From NCBI RefSeq assembly GCF_006345805.1, contig NC_043001.1:79918001-79982000 (forward strand): DNA of 64,000 nucleotides, written 5' to 3'. Below the pieces are notes generated by a model that was given only the letters and a program-made list of their open reading frames with translations, had not been told where the DNA came from and did no database searches. The stretch is from Octopus sinensis (Eukaryota). Positions 13,610-24,600 of this stretch are shown here, piece after piece (positions within the stretch are counted from its first letter, which is position 1; the number at the start of each line of letters is the position of its first letter). A program made the translations under genes and the position numbers.

Positions 13610-14390
13610 ATGCTGATAATGGTAGTAGTGGTGGTAGTAATTGCAGTGGTTGTAGTCGTGGTTGTGGTGGTCGTCGTTTTTAGTGGTGGTGGTTGTAAGG
13701 ACGGTGCTAGTAGTGGTGGTTGTAGTGGAGGTGGTGGTAGTGGTATCAGTGGTGGTGCTCGTGGTTGCAGTGGGGGCGGTGGTAGTAGCGGTGATAGTGA
13801 TAGTTGTATAGTGGTGGTGTTACAGGTGGTGGTAGTGATGTTGGTTGTAGTAGTAGTGTTATCGGTAGTGGTGATTGTACTGGTTGTAGTGGTGATTGTG
13901 GTAACAGTAGTGGTGGTGATAGCGTAGGTGGCGTTAAGTGCGGTGGCGGTTGTAGTGACTGATATTGGTGGTGATGGTGGCGGTGATGGTAGTGGTCGTC
14001 GTGGTCGTGATGATTGTAGTTGTGGTGGTGGTGGTCATGGTGGTTAACATGGTCGTGGTGGTGATGATAGTCGTGGTGGTGATCATTGTCGTGGTTGTAG
14101 TGATCGTGGTGGTAGTGGTGGTGATGGTGGTGGTGGTGATGGTGGTCAGGGTGGTGGTGATCGTCGTCATCCTGGTCAGGGTGGTGCTTGTGGTTGTCAT
14201 GGTGTTGCTAATAGTGATGGTGGTAGTCGTCGTCCTCGTCGTGGTGGTCGTTGAGGTGTCGTGGTGATGCTAATGGTGGTGGTGTTGATGGTAGTGGTGG
14301 TTGTCGTCGTCGTGGTCATAGTGATGATGGTGGTCGTTGTCGTCGTCGTGGTCATGATGTTGGTGGTGGTGGTGGTGATGATGATTGTAC
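13610..14390. repeat. Degenerate (GGT/GAT/GTC)n trinucleotide low-complexity tract
   Basis: Directly visible; gives rise to the poly-Val and poly-Thr ORFs. Confidence 0.9.
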
Positions 14391-14834
14391 ATTTACTTTC
14401 AATGCAGGTAATGGCGGTGATGATTTTATTGATAAAATTTTACCTGATGAGATTGGGGGAACCTAATGAAGTGAAAATTTTCAAAGTGTTTCGAACTGTC
14501 ATTGCAAAAATGATTGAAATGATTGAACACCATAATAAATTGGTCTTGTGATGTTCACAGGGTTACTGGAAAATCAATTCTCCTGATGCGTTGAAAACAG
14601 AAATAATGAAGCTGGGGTCGAAATATTTCCAGAACAGCGACGACACTTTCCTACCGACAAATAAGCGCTCTACGCACAAGACTTGTCACAGAAAACTGTA
14701 AGGTGGTCAGAAACTAGATGAGAAACCAAGCAAATCCATTAGGTAAATATGATGTGGGACACAATTATCCTGTAGGACTACTGTAATAAGTGTAACTGTA
14801 TAGTATGTAGTATGATTGATAAGGTTGACACTGA

Positions 14835-15060
14835 GGGTCTATGATCTAGTGGTCAGGGTTTTGCACTCACTATCGCGAAGTCGTAGTTTCAATTCCTGGA
14901 CCGTGTGGTGCGTTGTGATCTTGAGCTTCATCTCACGTTGCTCTGCGATCATTTCGATATCTAAGGTGTTGTATACCGTACACCTGTTCTGGTTACGTCA
15001 ATTTGATTGAGGAATGGAGCTTCCCCAAAGATTTCGAGCCTTGTGCCTAAAGTAGAAAAT
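14835..15060 (+). mobile_element. Decayed SINE (tRNA head plus family-E-like tail)
   Basis: ctagtggtcagggt...tttcaattcctggacc...gatcttgagc, then ccccaaagatttcgagccttgtgcctaaagtagaaa. Confidence 0.55.
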
Positions 15061-15689
15061 AACATTTAGGGAAGAAAATTTTCAATAGTGAGTGCATATA
15101 TAAAAGTGCGTGTGTGTTTGTGTGAGTGTGTGTGTGTGTGCGTGTGTCTGAGGGTGCATATACGCATTCATGCATGGATACAAATATTCGCTCACTATAA
15201 ACAAATCGTTTGTACAGGTTGTTCAACAAGAAAGTGCAGAACTGTCTTTCTCGGACAACGAGAGGCTACCATCACAATGTCTCCTCTAAAGTAATGAATA
15301 CAGTATGCTAGACGAAATGTAAGAAGGGCGAATGTAGTAACTCGAACATATACTGCATAGTGGAAACAATGCCTCTGTGAAAATGGACGATCAGTGGCAA
15401 GAATGTACGAGTAAGAAATAGGGTACATACGTCGGTTACTCCACTAGCATACTAAGGATAAACATTGTATACACAAAGAATAGAAATAAAAAGCACGTCA
15501 TTCGACCAGCTCATCGCAGCGTTACAACAGATACATGAAGCTATACATAGAAGAACAAATGGTACTTAATACAAAATATGAGAGAAGCAGCAATGATTTC
15601 ACCACCACTGCAACCTAGGACAATCGAATAAAATTCTCTGTCTTGGCCTCGACCATAAATCATCTGTTTTTACCTAGCTCTGTTTATAT

Positions 15690-16600
15690 GCATTAGTAGC
15701 AGCCTCTATATAACTGGGTGACTCTTCTTCTATTCAGACATGTAATACTGGTACAAAGGCTTTACAAGTGATCTACCTGCGAATTCTCCACTGCTCAGTT
15801 CCAGTGGCAAAATCCTAGTTTTCCATTCATTTCTACAACAAGCATCCACCAATTTTTCGTTTTGCTCTCTTCTTTCCTTGGTGTCACCTGCATTCTGACA
15901 CTCCTCCTAGCACACAGTTAACTCTAATAAGATTAGCTGTTTTGTTGCCTCAGATATTGAGATGATATCTAGTCTCCGCAAGAACTGAGTGATGTGTAAT
16001 TGCTTTACTGGGTAAACATTGCATCAGCCATTTACGTGACGTATAAAACGAACAACCAGAAGTGCTTCTGAATTTCTTCATCGGTCACTTTCCCACTGTA
16101 ACAAAGAAATAAGAGGTCCATACCTTAGTATCAAAGACATACTGTGAGCACTTCTGCTGTTATTGAACCCCTTGCTAGTTGCATCAGCAATTCAGTAATG
16201 GTCATAAGGACCGGATAACGTCTGCAGTGTTAATATCCCTCGCCCAGTCTCTGTAATTGTTACACAAGCCGTGTCCGGAGGTACTTGTCTTTGAACAAAC
16301 GGGACTTGCCGTGTTTTCGTGATATCCTAGGTAAATAGGATGAATGGGTCAGGGAAGACATAATAGAACTAAAACTAAAATTTTATACCCTACATGGGTA
16401 ATTTTCTGATATCCACCCAGCTGGCACTCACATAATCGCCTAATCTCCACTTCATCCAGATACGCTCTCCGTACATTTTCACACCTCAGCTTGTTCGCGC
16501 TTCTTCAGCTGATGCACGCGTCTCCACATGAATCAGTTTCCACCTTTCCTTCCTGGTGGCTGTGTTATATCTGCCTCTTGTGTTTTCGTGTTTAGCTTAA
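15690..16600 (-). mobile_element. Decayed 3' portion of an RLE non-LTR retrotransposon (HERO/NeSL-like)
   Basis: Minus strand translates RLDIISISEATKQLILLELTVC*EE...KLVDACCRNEWKTRILPLELSSGEFAGRSL (RPD..ELTV.WEE..GW..E.G.RGF.G.SL pattern). It is preceded by a decayed region resembling the zinc knuckle. Confidence 0.7.
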
Positions 16601-16654
16601 GATTAAGCTTTAGTTTTTTTCAGTCCGCAGTCTTAATGTTTTGGGTTTAATCCT

Positions 16655-16870
16655 TCTGTATGGCACCTTCATGGAGTGTCTTCTCATATAACTGAGGACC
16701 GAAAAATATCTTATGTGAGAATTTGATAGACGGAAACTGTGATGAAATCCATCGTATATGCATGTGTGTGTCTGTGTGTGTGTGTATTTATATATGTCGC
16801 TATCGCCGCCCTGCAGTTCGACTGCTATCGGTTCAGCGTGACTGCATAACAATGTCTGAAATAAGTGGTT
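16655..16870 (+). mobile_element. Diverged SINE family A internal fragment
   Basis: ggcaccttcatggagtgtcttctc...gagaatttgatagacggaaactg. Confidence 0.6.
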
Positions 16871-16985
16871 TACATATATATATATATATATATATAATAT
16901 ATATGTGTGTGTGTTGTGGTGTGTGTGTGTGTGTTGTGTGTGTGGTGTGTGTGTGGTGTGTGTGTGTGTGTGTGTGTGTTTGTAA

Positions 16986-17302
16986 AGGAGCATGGCTCAA
17001 TAGTTAGAGCGTCGATTTTACGAACGTGAGGTCGTGAGTTCGATTCTTGGACCGGGCTGCGTGTTGTGAACTTGAGCAAGAGACTTTATTTCACGGTGCT
17101 CCAGTTCACTCAGCTGTAGAAATGAGTTGCGTCGTCACAGGTGCCAAGCTGTATCGGCCTTTGTCTTTCCCTTGGAGAGGGGAGACTGGTATGCATGGGT
17201 GACTGCTGGTCTTCCATAAAACAACCTTGCCCAGACTTGTGCCTGGGAGGGTAACTTTCTAGGTGCAATCATATATGGTCAGTCATGACCAAAGAGGTTT
17301 TC
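16986..17302 (+). mobile_element. SINE family B (tRNA head, CORE-like centre)
   Basis: A box tggctcaatagttagagc, B box gttcgattc, ttgagcaagagactttatttcac.gtgctccagttcactcagctgtagaaatgag. A second copy lies at 51814-52141. Confidence 0.9.
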
Positions 17303-17684
17303 AAAAAAAAAATATATATATATGTGTGTACACACACACACACATTGAGAGAGGGAGGGAGAGAAGAGAGAGAGAGAGAGTTATTCACATAAATAGAGTC
17401 TTGATCGGCTAGTGTGTACTAACATTGAATCATATAAGTTGTAATGAGGAAGTCAAACCAAACAGCGATACTTTGAAATAATTTAATACGTACGTTAAAA
17501 ACTTTCAGCATGTATTTTGAAATGTCATTGTTTGGTATGACTGCCTTATTACAGCTTACATGAATCGATACCAGTACAAAATAGCCGGTTTAGACTACAC
17601 TTATGCGGATATTCTAACAACAGTTTGGAGTAGTTCAAGTCGAAAATTCTGGTGCAGTGCACTACTTATTACCGTAACAAGTTC

Positions 17685-17736
<52 letters not shown>

Positions 17737-17793
17737 TTGATAGATAGATAGATAGATAAATAGATAGACAGACAGACATACAAATAGATAGAG

Positions 17794-17840
<47 letters not shown>

Positions 17841-18021
17841 CAGACAGATAGACAGATAGATGCACAGACGCACACACTCACACGCAAACACACACACATA
17901 TACATATATACATATATATATATGTATATATATATTATATATATATATACATATATATATATATACATATATAATGCATACACACACACGCATATATAGA
18001 GATACAGGGAGTGATAGATAT

Positions 18022-18104
<83 letters not shown>

Positions 18105-19232
18105 TGAGCGAAATAAATCATGGTATTTAATCTGAGATTATATGTATTACCTGATTTCTTTTTTTCTTTTTTCGTCAGACGTTGAACACAATAACAACAT
18201 GTGCACAAACAAAAATTCGACAAAAAGAAGCTAGCGCGATATTACAACGGTACCACCACCACCACCACCGCCACCACTACAACAACAACAACAACAACAA
18301 CAAATACTATTGGTAAGACAATACAGCCCGCGGAAAAAAGAGAAAGAAATTCCCCCACCCGCTTCAGAAACAAAACGCAAACAAAACTTTGCGCGGAAAT
18401 GTTGTTAAATTGGATAGCTATTCTTCAGAGACTAGGATTAAATTTATTTGCTCTGACCTCTGAATTCAGTGTCAAAATTTTACTTTAGAATCGTCGCTAT
18501 TTCGTGATTTAATAAATATATTTATATTGTATATACATCTCGATTCATTCGTCTTTTCTTTGAATAATCACATAGATTTTATATTATATTACATCAAATA
18601 ACGAACGCTTTATGAAAGCAAACCTAATCAATCAATACGTATATACATAAATACATACATGCATAGAAACATATAAGTGTGTGTATGTGTGTGTAGTGTG
18701 TGTGCGCGTGCACATGTGTGTGTGTGTGTCTGTATGTATATGTGTACATATGTGTATGTATGTATTTAGGTGTGTATATTCATATGAATGCACACGCTAG
18801 TGCACGAGTAAAAACAATGACTACACATCAACATTCGTATCCCTGGCACACACAAATCTCATATATACATACAGCTGGTGACAATATAAATATATATATG
18901 CATACGTATTGGTAAAGGTACACACGGTCCTACATATACAAACTTCTACATATATGTGTGAGAGTGTGTGTGTTAGTATATATATATGTATGTATATATA
19001 TATATATAATATATATATATATATATTAAAAATAAAATATGCATATAAATATATATACATATTCACATATATATGTGTGTATGTACGGTATATATATATA
19101 CGATATATATATATACGGTGTATATATACAGTATATATATACGTATATGTCTATATATGCGTCAAATACCTGCAGATTTATGTGTTTGTGTATGTATGTA
19201 TTTATGAATATATATATATATATATATATAAT

Positions 19233-19266
<34 letters not shown>

Positions 19267-19486
19267 TACATATATATCTATATTATATATGTATGTATAT
19301 ATATATATATATATATATATACGTATGTAAGTATATATGTGTATATGAATATTCAATTTATAGGAAAATATCCAAAGGATCTTCTGTGGAACCATATGTC
19401 GGTGAGATAGTATATAAATGATTTAAATAACATCTTAAGCGTTTGTCTCCATTTTCCAGTATACTTGTATATATACATATATATAT

Positions 19487-19670
19487 AACAATTGCAGCGT
19501 GGAAGGTGTTTGTAAGCCATTTAAGAAACACGGATTTTTGTCAGTGAACAGGTCGCGGTCTTAAAGCGACGAAAATATTTTGACAATTTATACTTAAATG
19601 TTGAAGTGAATCGAACGGCTTCTGTGTGTTTCTTAAATGGCTTACAATCACCTTCCACGCTGCAATTGTT
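19487..19670. mobile_element. 184-bp element with 45-bp inverted arms (44/45 match) enclosing a hammerhead motif
   Basis: Arms at 19487-19531 and 19626-19670; duplicated at 20273-20456. Confidence 0.85.
19538..19586 (+). ncRNA. Minimal type-I hammerhead motif, G3:C8 variant
   Basis: TTGTCA GTGAACA g GTCGC ggtcttaaa GCGAC GAA AATATT T TGACAA: 6-bp stem I, 5-bp stem II, palindromic stem III, UUU triplet. Confidence 0.7.
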
Positions 19671-19693
19671 TTCGTTTCAGCACACGATCTCAG

Positions 19694-19742
<49 letters not shown>

Positions 19743-19997
19743 TTGGAAATGGATGAATGGCATTCAATTAAATAATAATATATATATATATATTAAAAAT
19801 AAAATATGCATATAAATATATACATATTCACATATATATGTGTGTATGTACGGTATATATATATACGATATATATATATATACGGTGTATATATACAGTA
19901 TATATATACGTATATGTCTATATATGCGTCAAATACCTGCAGATTTATGTGTTTGTGTATGTATGTATTTATGAATATATATATATATATATATAAT

Positions 19998-20031
<34 letters not shown>

Positions 20032-20062
20032 TATACATATATATCTATATTATATATGTATG

Positions 20063-20096
<34 letters not shown>

Positions 20097-20323
20097 ATAT
20101 ATATATACGTATGTAAGTATATATGTGTATATGAATATTCAATTTATAGGAAAATATCCAAAGGATCTTCTGTGGAACCATATGTCGGTGAGATAGTATA
20201 TAAATGATTTAAATAACATCTTAAGCGTTTGTCTCCATTTTCCAGTATACTTGTATATATACATATATATATAACAATTGCAGCGTGGAAGGTGTTTGTA
20301 AGCCATTTAAGAAACACGGATTT

Positions 20324-20372
20324 TTGTCAGTGAACAGGTCGCGGTCTTAAAGCGACGAAAATATTTTGACAA
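20324..20372 (+). ncRNA. Second (duplicated) G3:C8 hammerhead motif
   Basis: Identical to 19538-19586. Confidence 0.7.
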
Positions 20373-20484
20373 TTTATACTTAAATGTTGAAGTGAATCGA
20401 ACGGCTTCTGTGTGTTTCTTAAATGGCTTACAATCACCTTCCACGCTGCAATTGTTTTCGTTTCAGCACACGATCTCAGATCAT

Positions 20485-20539
<55 letters not shown>

Positions 20540-20589
20540 TTGGAAATGGATGAATGGCATTCAATTAAATAATAATATATATAATATAT

Positions 20590-22640
20590 ATATGTATATA
20601 TGGGTGCAGGATGTTACCAACAGTGTAAGCAACATGAAATACGAGAACAGGCGAGGTAAATACGCAAACGAGAGAAAAGAATGGAAAACAGTTCAAGTAA
20701 ACACAAAGAATAATCCTTCATCTGTTGTCTGCTGTCTAACTACTTCTCAATTCGAGTATTTTGCTCTCATATAGTCTAAAATAAAATTTAGGATTTATGG
20801 AGGTTCGAAGTTGGAAACAAATCTGGACAGTGGAGACATACAAGGAAACCGAACGTAAACAAATGTTGAAGGTGATTAGGCCAGAATGACAGGAAAATAG
20901 TGAACGCTGGGAGAGATATTTTCTTTGAAAAGAGAAAAGATAGGAGAGAAAAAACGTCCGGTCTTTTGAACGTCCGTGCAGGAAAGAAAGATGGTCAGGT
21001 GAGGAAAAAAATGATAGATTATGGTTATGTGTGAGCAAGGAGAAAGTAAAAAGCGAAAGAAGGGGAGAAAGTCAAAAAGAAAATAGTGGAAGTGGGAGGG
21101 GGAGAAAAGGGGAATCAGGGAAGGACGATTGAAGAAAACAGTATTGAGTTGCATCAAACATTTGAGGATAAATTTACATGGAAATGGATGCGTAGCGTTG
21201 AATTAAATAATAAATTCTAAAACAAAATTTAGGTTTTATGGAGGGTCGAATTTGAGAACAAAAGGAGGACAGTAGAGGCAAACAATGAAACCAAATGAAA
21301 ACAAACATAGAGAAAAGATAGAAGAGATATATTTATATAGAAGTTTGAAAAGAAACACACGAGTTGATATGTATAAAGAAAATAGAACAAATAATTTTAT
21401 CATGAAGAACATTTTAGTACCGGTTTCCGTTTTTGTGACATTTTCAACTTAGAGTAGAGAATGTAAAACATTTAAATTGTGGAAAAATTAAATGAAATGT
21501 TCTTTTAATATTTTCAAAATTTGCAAATACATGGGACATTTTCCTTTCTTTTGTCTCTCTCACTTTTTTACTTTTGTGAATACTAGGCACGTCTGAATGA
21601 ATATTTAATATGAGGAATATGGGTTCTTAGATTTGACTGTTTATGCAGTAGTAGCCGAGTAACAAGACGGAGAAGAAGAAGAATGTCGATGTGTTTGCTG
21701 AGTGCTATTTTTTTGTATTCCCGAACTTTTATCTGGGATCTCTGCAGTGTCATCCTTTGGCGTAGACTGTTTTTGGTTTGGCCTATGTATTGCTCTCAAC
21801 ACTCTGAGGTAGTAAATATATTAAGTTTTCCGAAACGTGAAGTTGTTTTTTCACTGTAAAACGTTGCCCCTGAAAGATAGATGTTTAGAACTAAAAGAAA
21901 GTTTTTGTATGTTTCTGCTTTTAAATATGCTAATTATTCTCATTTATGCTTTTCGCTGTATAGATATAACATTATAACCCGAAATACTTTTAAACGACGT
22001 TGAGCGATTTTCATGAAATATAACTCACAATGACTACTTATGATGCTCTTTGGAAGGTACTTATCAATCTTCTTCCGAAATATGTACTCTTTGAGAAAAT
22101 TAATTCCATGTTGAGCAATTTCAATTCTGCCGAGAGAAGTATTTTCCTCTAGTTGAAAGTGTCTGTATTTCTTTTCTGGGGTGTGTGTCTCCTCCGTTAG
22201 GTTCAGTTTTATATTTTATTCACGAGACAGATAGCCTTAAACTCTGTGTTTAAGACGGATTCGCTTTGCTATACACCACCTGATAAAACATATTTCTTAA
22301 AACGGAACATTATTTTGCAGAATTTTGCTACGGGATAAGATCATACACTTTTGTACATCTTTTTTTTCATCTTTCTATATTGCATTTCAAAAATTCTTAA
22401 TTGTCCTTTTCGTATTGTTTTAAGCTTCCATTTGCTTTTTTTTACTCTTATTTGTCTTCATTCTTTGCAATTTCGATGCTTTATTGTTATCATTTTGTTA
22501 TTAAGATTTCTTAAAATGTTTCTTTTCTTCCACATCTCCCTTTCTTTTTGCAACGTTACTCCAGACTTTTGTATTGTGACACTAGTCATTCAGGCATCAT
22601 TCTTTACTACTTGGATTACGATGTTTCTTTTCCATCTATG
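20590..22640 (-). mobile_element. Decayed Penelope-like element: C-terminal ORF with GIY-YIG endonuclease plus 3' repeat region
   Basis: Minus strand 21795-21682 reads EQYIGQTKNSLRQRMTLQRSQIKVREYKKIALSKHIDI, preceded (frameshifted) by NLIYLL. Downstream lie partly repeated segments (20775 and 21195) and decayed HHR motifs. Confidence 0.8.
21415..21452 (-). ncRNA. Decayed hammerhead-like motif, U3:A8 core
   Basis: AG TTGAAAA TGT cacaaaa ACG GAAAC cg GTA CT. Stems I and II are short or imperfect. Confidence 0.35.
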
Positions 22641-23113
22641 CTCATTTTAGTTTATAAGGAAATTTGGTACCATAGTCTCAGTTAACAATTTTGCCACTAA
22701 ATGATATGAGTATAAACTTCAATGGATGCATTCGATCACTTTGGTGAACAGAGAAAGAATATGTTTACAGTCATTCTTGCAAAGAACGTATTATAATGGC
22801 CTAATCGCAAGCAATTCAGTATTATTTTTCCATGTCCACTCATATGTGTTCAATCTTCCTTCATTGGGTTGCAAGCAATATATGAATGAAAATTATGCCA
22901 GTTTCTGAACATATGCTAAACTAAGAACCATATGATCCATAGTGCTATTAGGCAAGAATGATAATGCACTAAACAATTATAGTCACCAATGATACTTCGT
23001 AAATGCAATCTGTTTATGAGACGAGTTAATTTCATTGTTTTGAAAGTTTGTCAATTGATTTATTAAGTCACTTTATATCCAATGTTGACATCAAAATGTT
23101 TCTCTGCGAACGG

Positions 23114-23144
<31 letters not shown>

Positions 23145-23145
23145 A

Positions 23146-23530
23146 AATATTAGGGAATAAATCCAAACTTACAGGGAAAAATCAGATTTAGCATTAAATC
23201 CAATTTTATAGTATAAATATATTATATTATATTATATTAGAGATAAAACCACCATTAGGCAAATCAAACAGTGAAAAATATAATGGAAATATGTTACAAA
23301 AAGAAAATAGAAACTACATGTGGAAATGTAAGGGGAAATTAAGAAGAAAAATAAGCGAAAATGCACATTGGAAATAAAAAAAGTTAAGGCTTTTTATGAA
23401 AAGTAACGATAGATATATTATAATTAAATGAACTGAGGTAGGAATAAAAATAATAAAAGTGTGAATTGTTAAAGAGATTCAAAAGCATACCGGTTTCGTA
23501 AATTTACTAATCATTGCTTTGAATGCACGC
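23146..23530 (-). mobile_element. PLE-type terminal repeat abutting (TA)n
   Basis: agggaataaatccaaa.ttacagggaaaaa.tcagatttag.attaaatc is shared with 9776-9830 and, reverse-complemented, with 49360-49410. It contains an HHR at its far end. Confidence 0.7.
23478..23523 (-). ncRNA. Minimal type-I hammerhead motif, A3:U8 variant
   Basis: TTCAAAGCA ATGATTA GTAAATTTAC GAAAC cg GTA TGCTTTtGAA: stem I 6 bp (9 with one bulge), G10.1-C11.1 pair, palindromic ACCGGT stem III, GUA triplet. Confidence 0.75.
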
Positions 23531-24318
23531 CGATTATATATATATACGACTCTGCCATCAAGTTCCACCAAATAGTTCATCCGTCGGCATTCTCTCCCTC
23601 ATAACAACCATATTTCTGACTTGAATTTTCAGACGCCCTTTTGTCGAGTATCAATTTGTTTAAAAAAGATTTATTCTTTAACAGTATTAACATATGAAAT
23701 AATGTTTTACTACAAAAGCTAAAAAAACATTTTTTTCGCTGTCAAATTTCAAAAACTCATTAACAAACCACCTTCTGCTGAACCAAACTCATTTAAAAAC
23801 TTTATTTTATAGACCTATAATACTTATAACATTTGTAATGTCTTAAATTTCCAGACTTAAAGAGATCTACTTTGTATGTACGTTTTTGACCGCCTTCATT
23901 GCATGCAAAGTATGTTTCTCTTTTTTTTAAATAATTATTGACCTTTTTATTTTTATTTTTTGACCCCCTACCAACTTGTCCAAATCAGAAAGACTACCAA
24001 AGGGCTTAAACCGATATTTTATGTAATTTCTGAAAAAGAATTTTTTGTAATCAATATTTATTGTAATCATTAAAAAAATATTCGACGTAAATTGGATTAT
24101 TAATTTATTATTTATTGTTTTATACTGTGATCAAGAAAGAGTAATAATGCCCTAAGCAACCATTACTGTAACCCAAAACAGTTTCATCATCATCATCCCC
24201 AACTCCTTAATGTTACTATCTCGAGTCTAGAAATCATCTGGCCGATAATTTGGTTTCCATGACGCATAAGTAACCTACATCACAATTCCACACTCCTGAA
24301 GTAGAGCAGGATCCCTAA

Positions 24319-24457
24319 ATTAATTTTTTCAAAGAGTACATATTTCGGAAGAAGATTGATAAGTACCTTCCAAAGAGCATTATAAGTAGTCATTGTGAGT
24401 TATATTTCATGAAAATCGCTCAACGTCGTTTAAAAGTATTTCGGGTTATGATGTTAT
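24319..24457 (+). repeat. Inverted duplicate (about 139 bp, only a few mismatches) of PLE segment 21966-22105
   Basis: The reverse complement of 24319-24457 aligns base by base with 21966-22105. Confidence 0.95.
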
Positions 24458-24479
24458 TGATATTTATTGCAGGGTTATT

Positions 24480-24600
24480 CAGCGGAATGGATTGGAGCAA
24501 CGTGAACTTAAGCGTTTTGTTCAAGAAGGCAACGCATTCAATCCAGAAATCAAAACCACTATTATATGATCGTGAATGAAAACGCCTGACTACTAAATAA
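24480..24600 (-). mobile_element. Diverged SINE head plus CORE-like fragment
   Basis: ttggagcaacgtgaacttaagcgttttgttcaag...aatcaaaaccac, similar to 1935-2010. Confidence 0.55.

Larger units (their letters stand above)
19022..20580. repeat. Tandem duplication, unit about 786 bp
   Basis: Unique parts look identical by eye (e.g. 19538 versus 20324, offset 786); only the (TA)n lengths differ. Confidence 0.95.

Noticed and set aside
14438-14476. CTGATGA-g-ATTGGG(GGAA)CCTAAT-GAA-GTGAAA hammerhead-like motif
   Set aside because: Stem I and stem II can be drawn, but A15.1, stem III and the NUH site are missing; chance or a deletion relic.
13586-14551. Long Val-, Thr- and Gly-rich ORFs (mucin- or membrane-like appearance)
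   Set aside because: They are translations of a degenerate GGT/GAT trinucleotide tract in several frames, with no domain or splice evidence.
23545-24030. Possible plus-strand PLE C-terminus (HSLPHNNHISDL; LPKGLN)
   Set aside because: The motifs are short and not joinable in frame; insufficient without a database search.
21966-24457. Reading the 139-bp inverted pair as TIRs of a 2.5-kb DNA transposon
   Set aside because: The left arm is internal to a PLE reading region, there is no TSD and no transposase lies between the arms.
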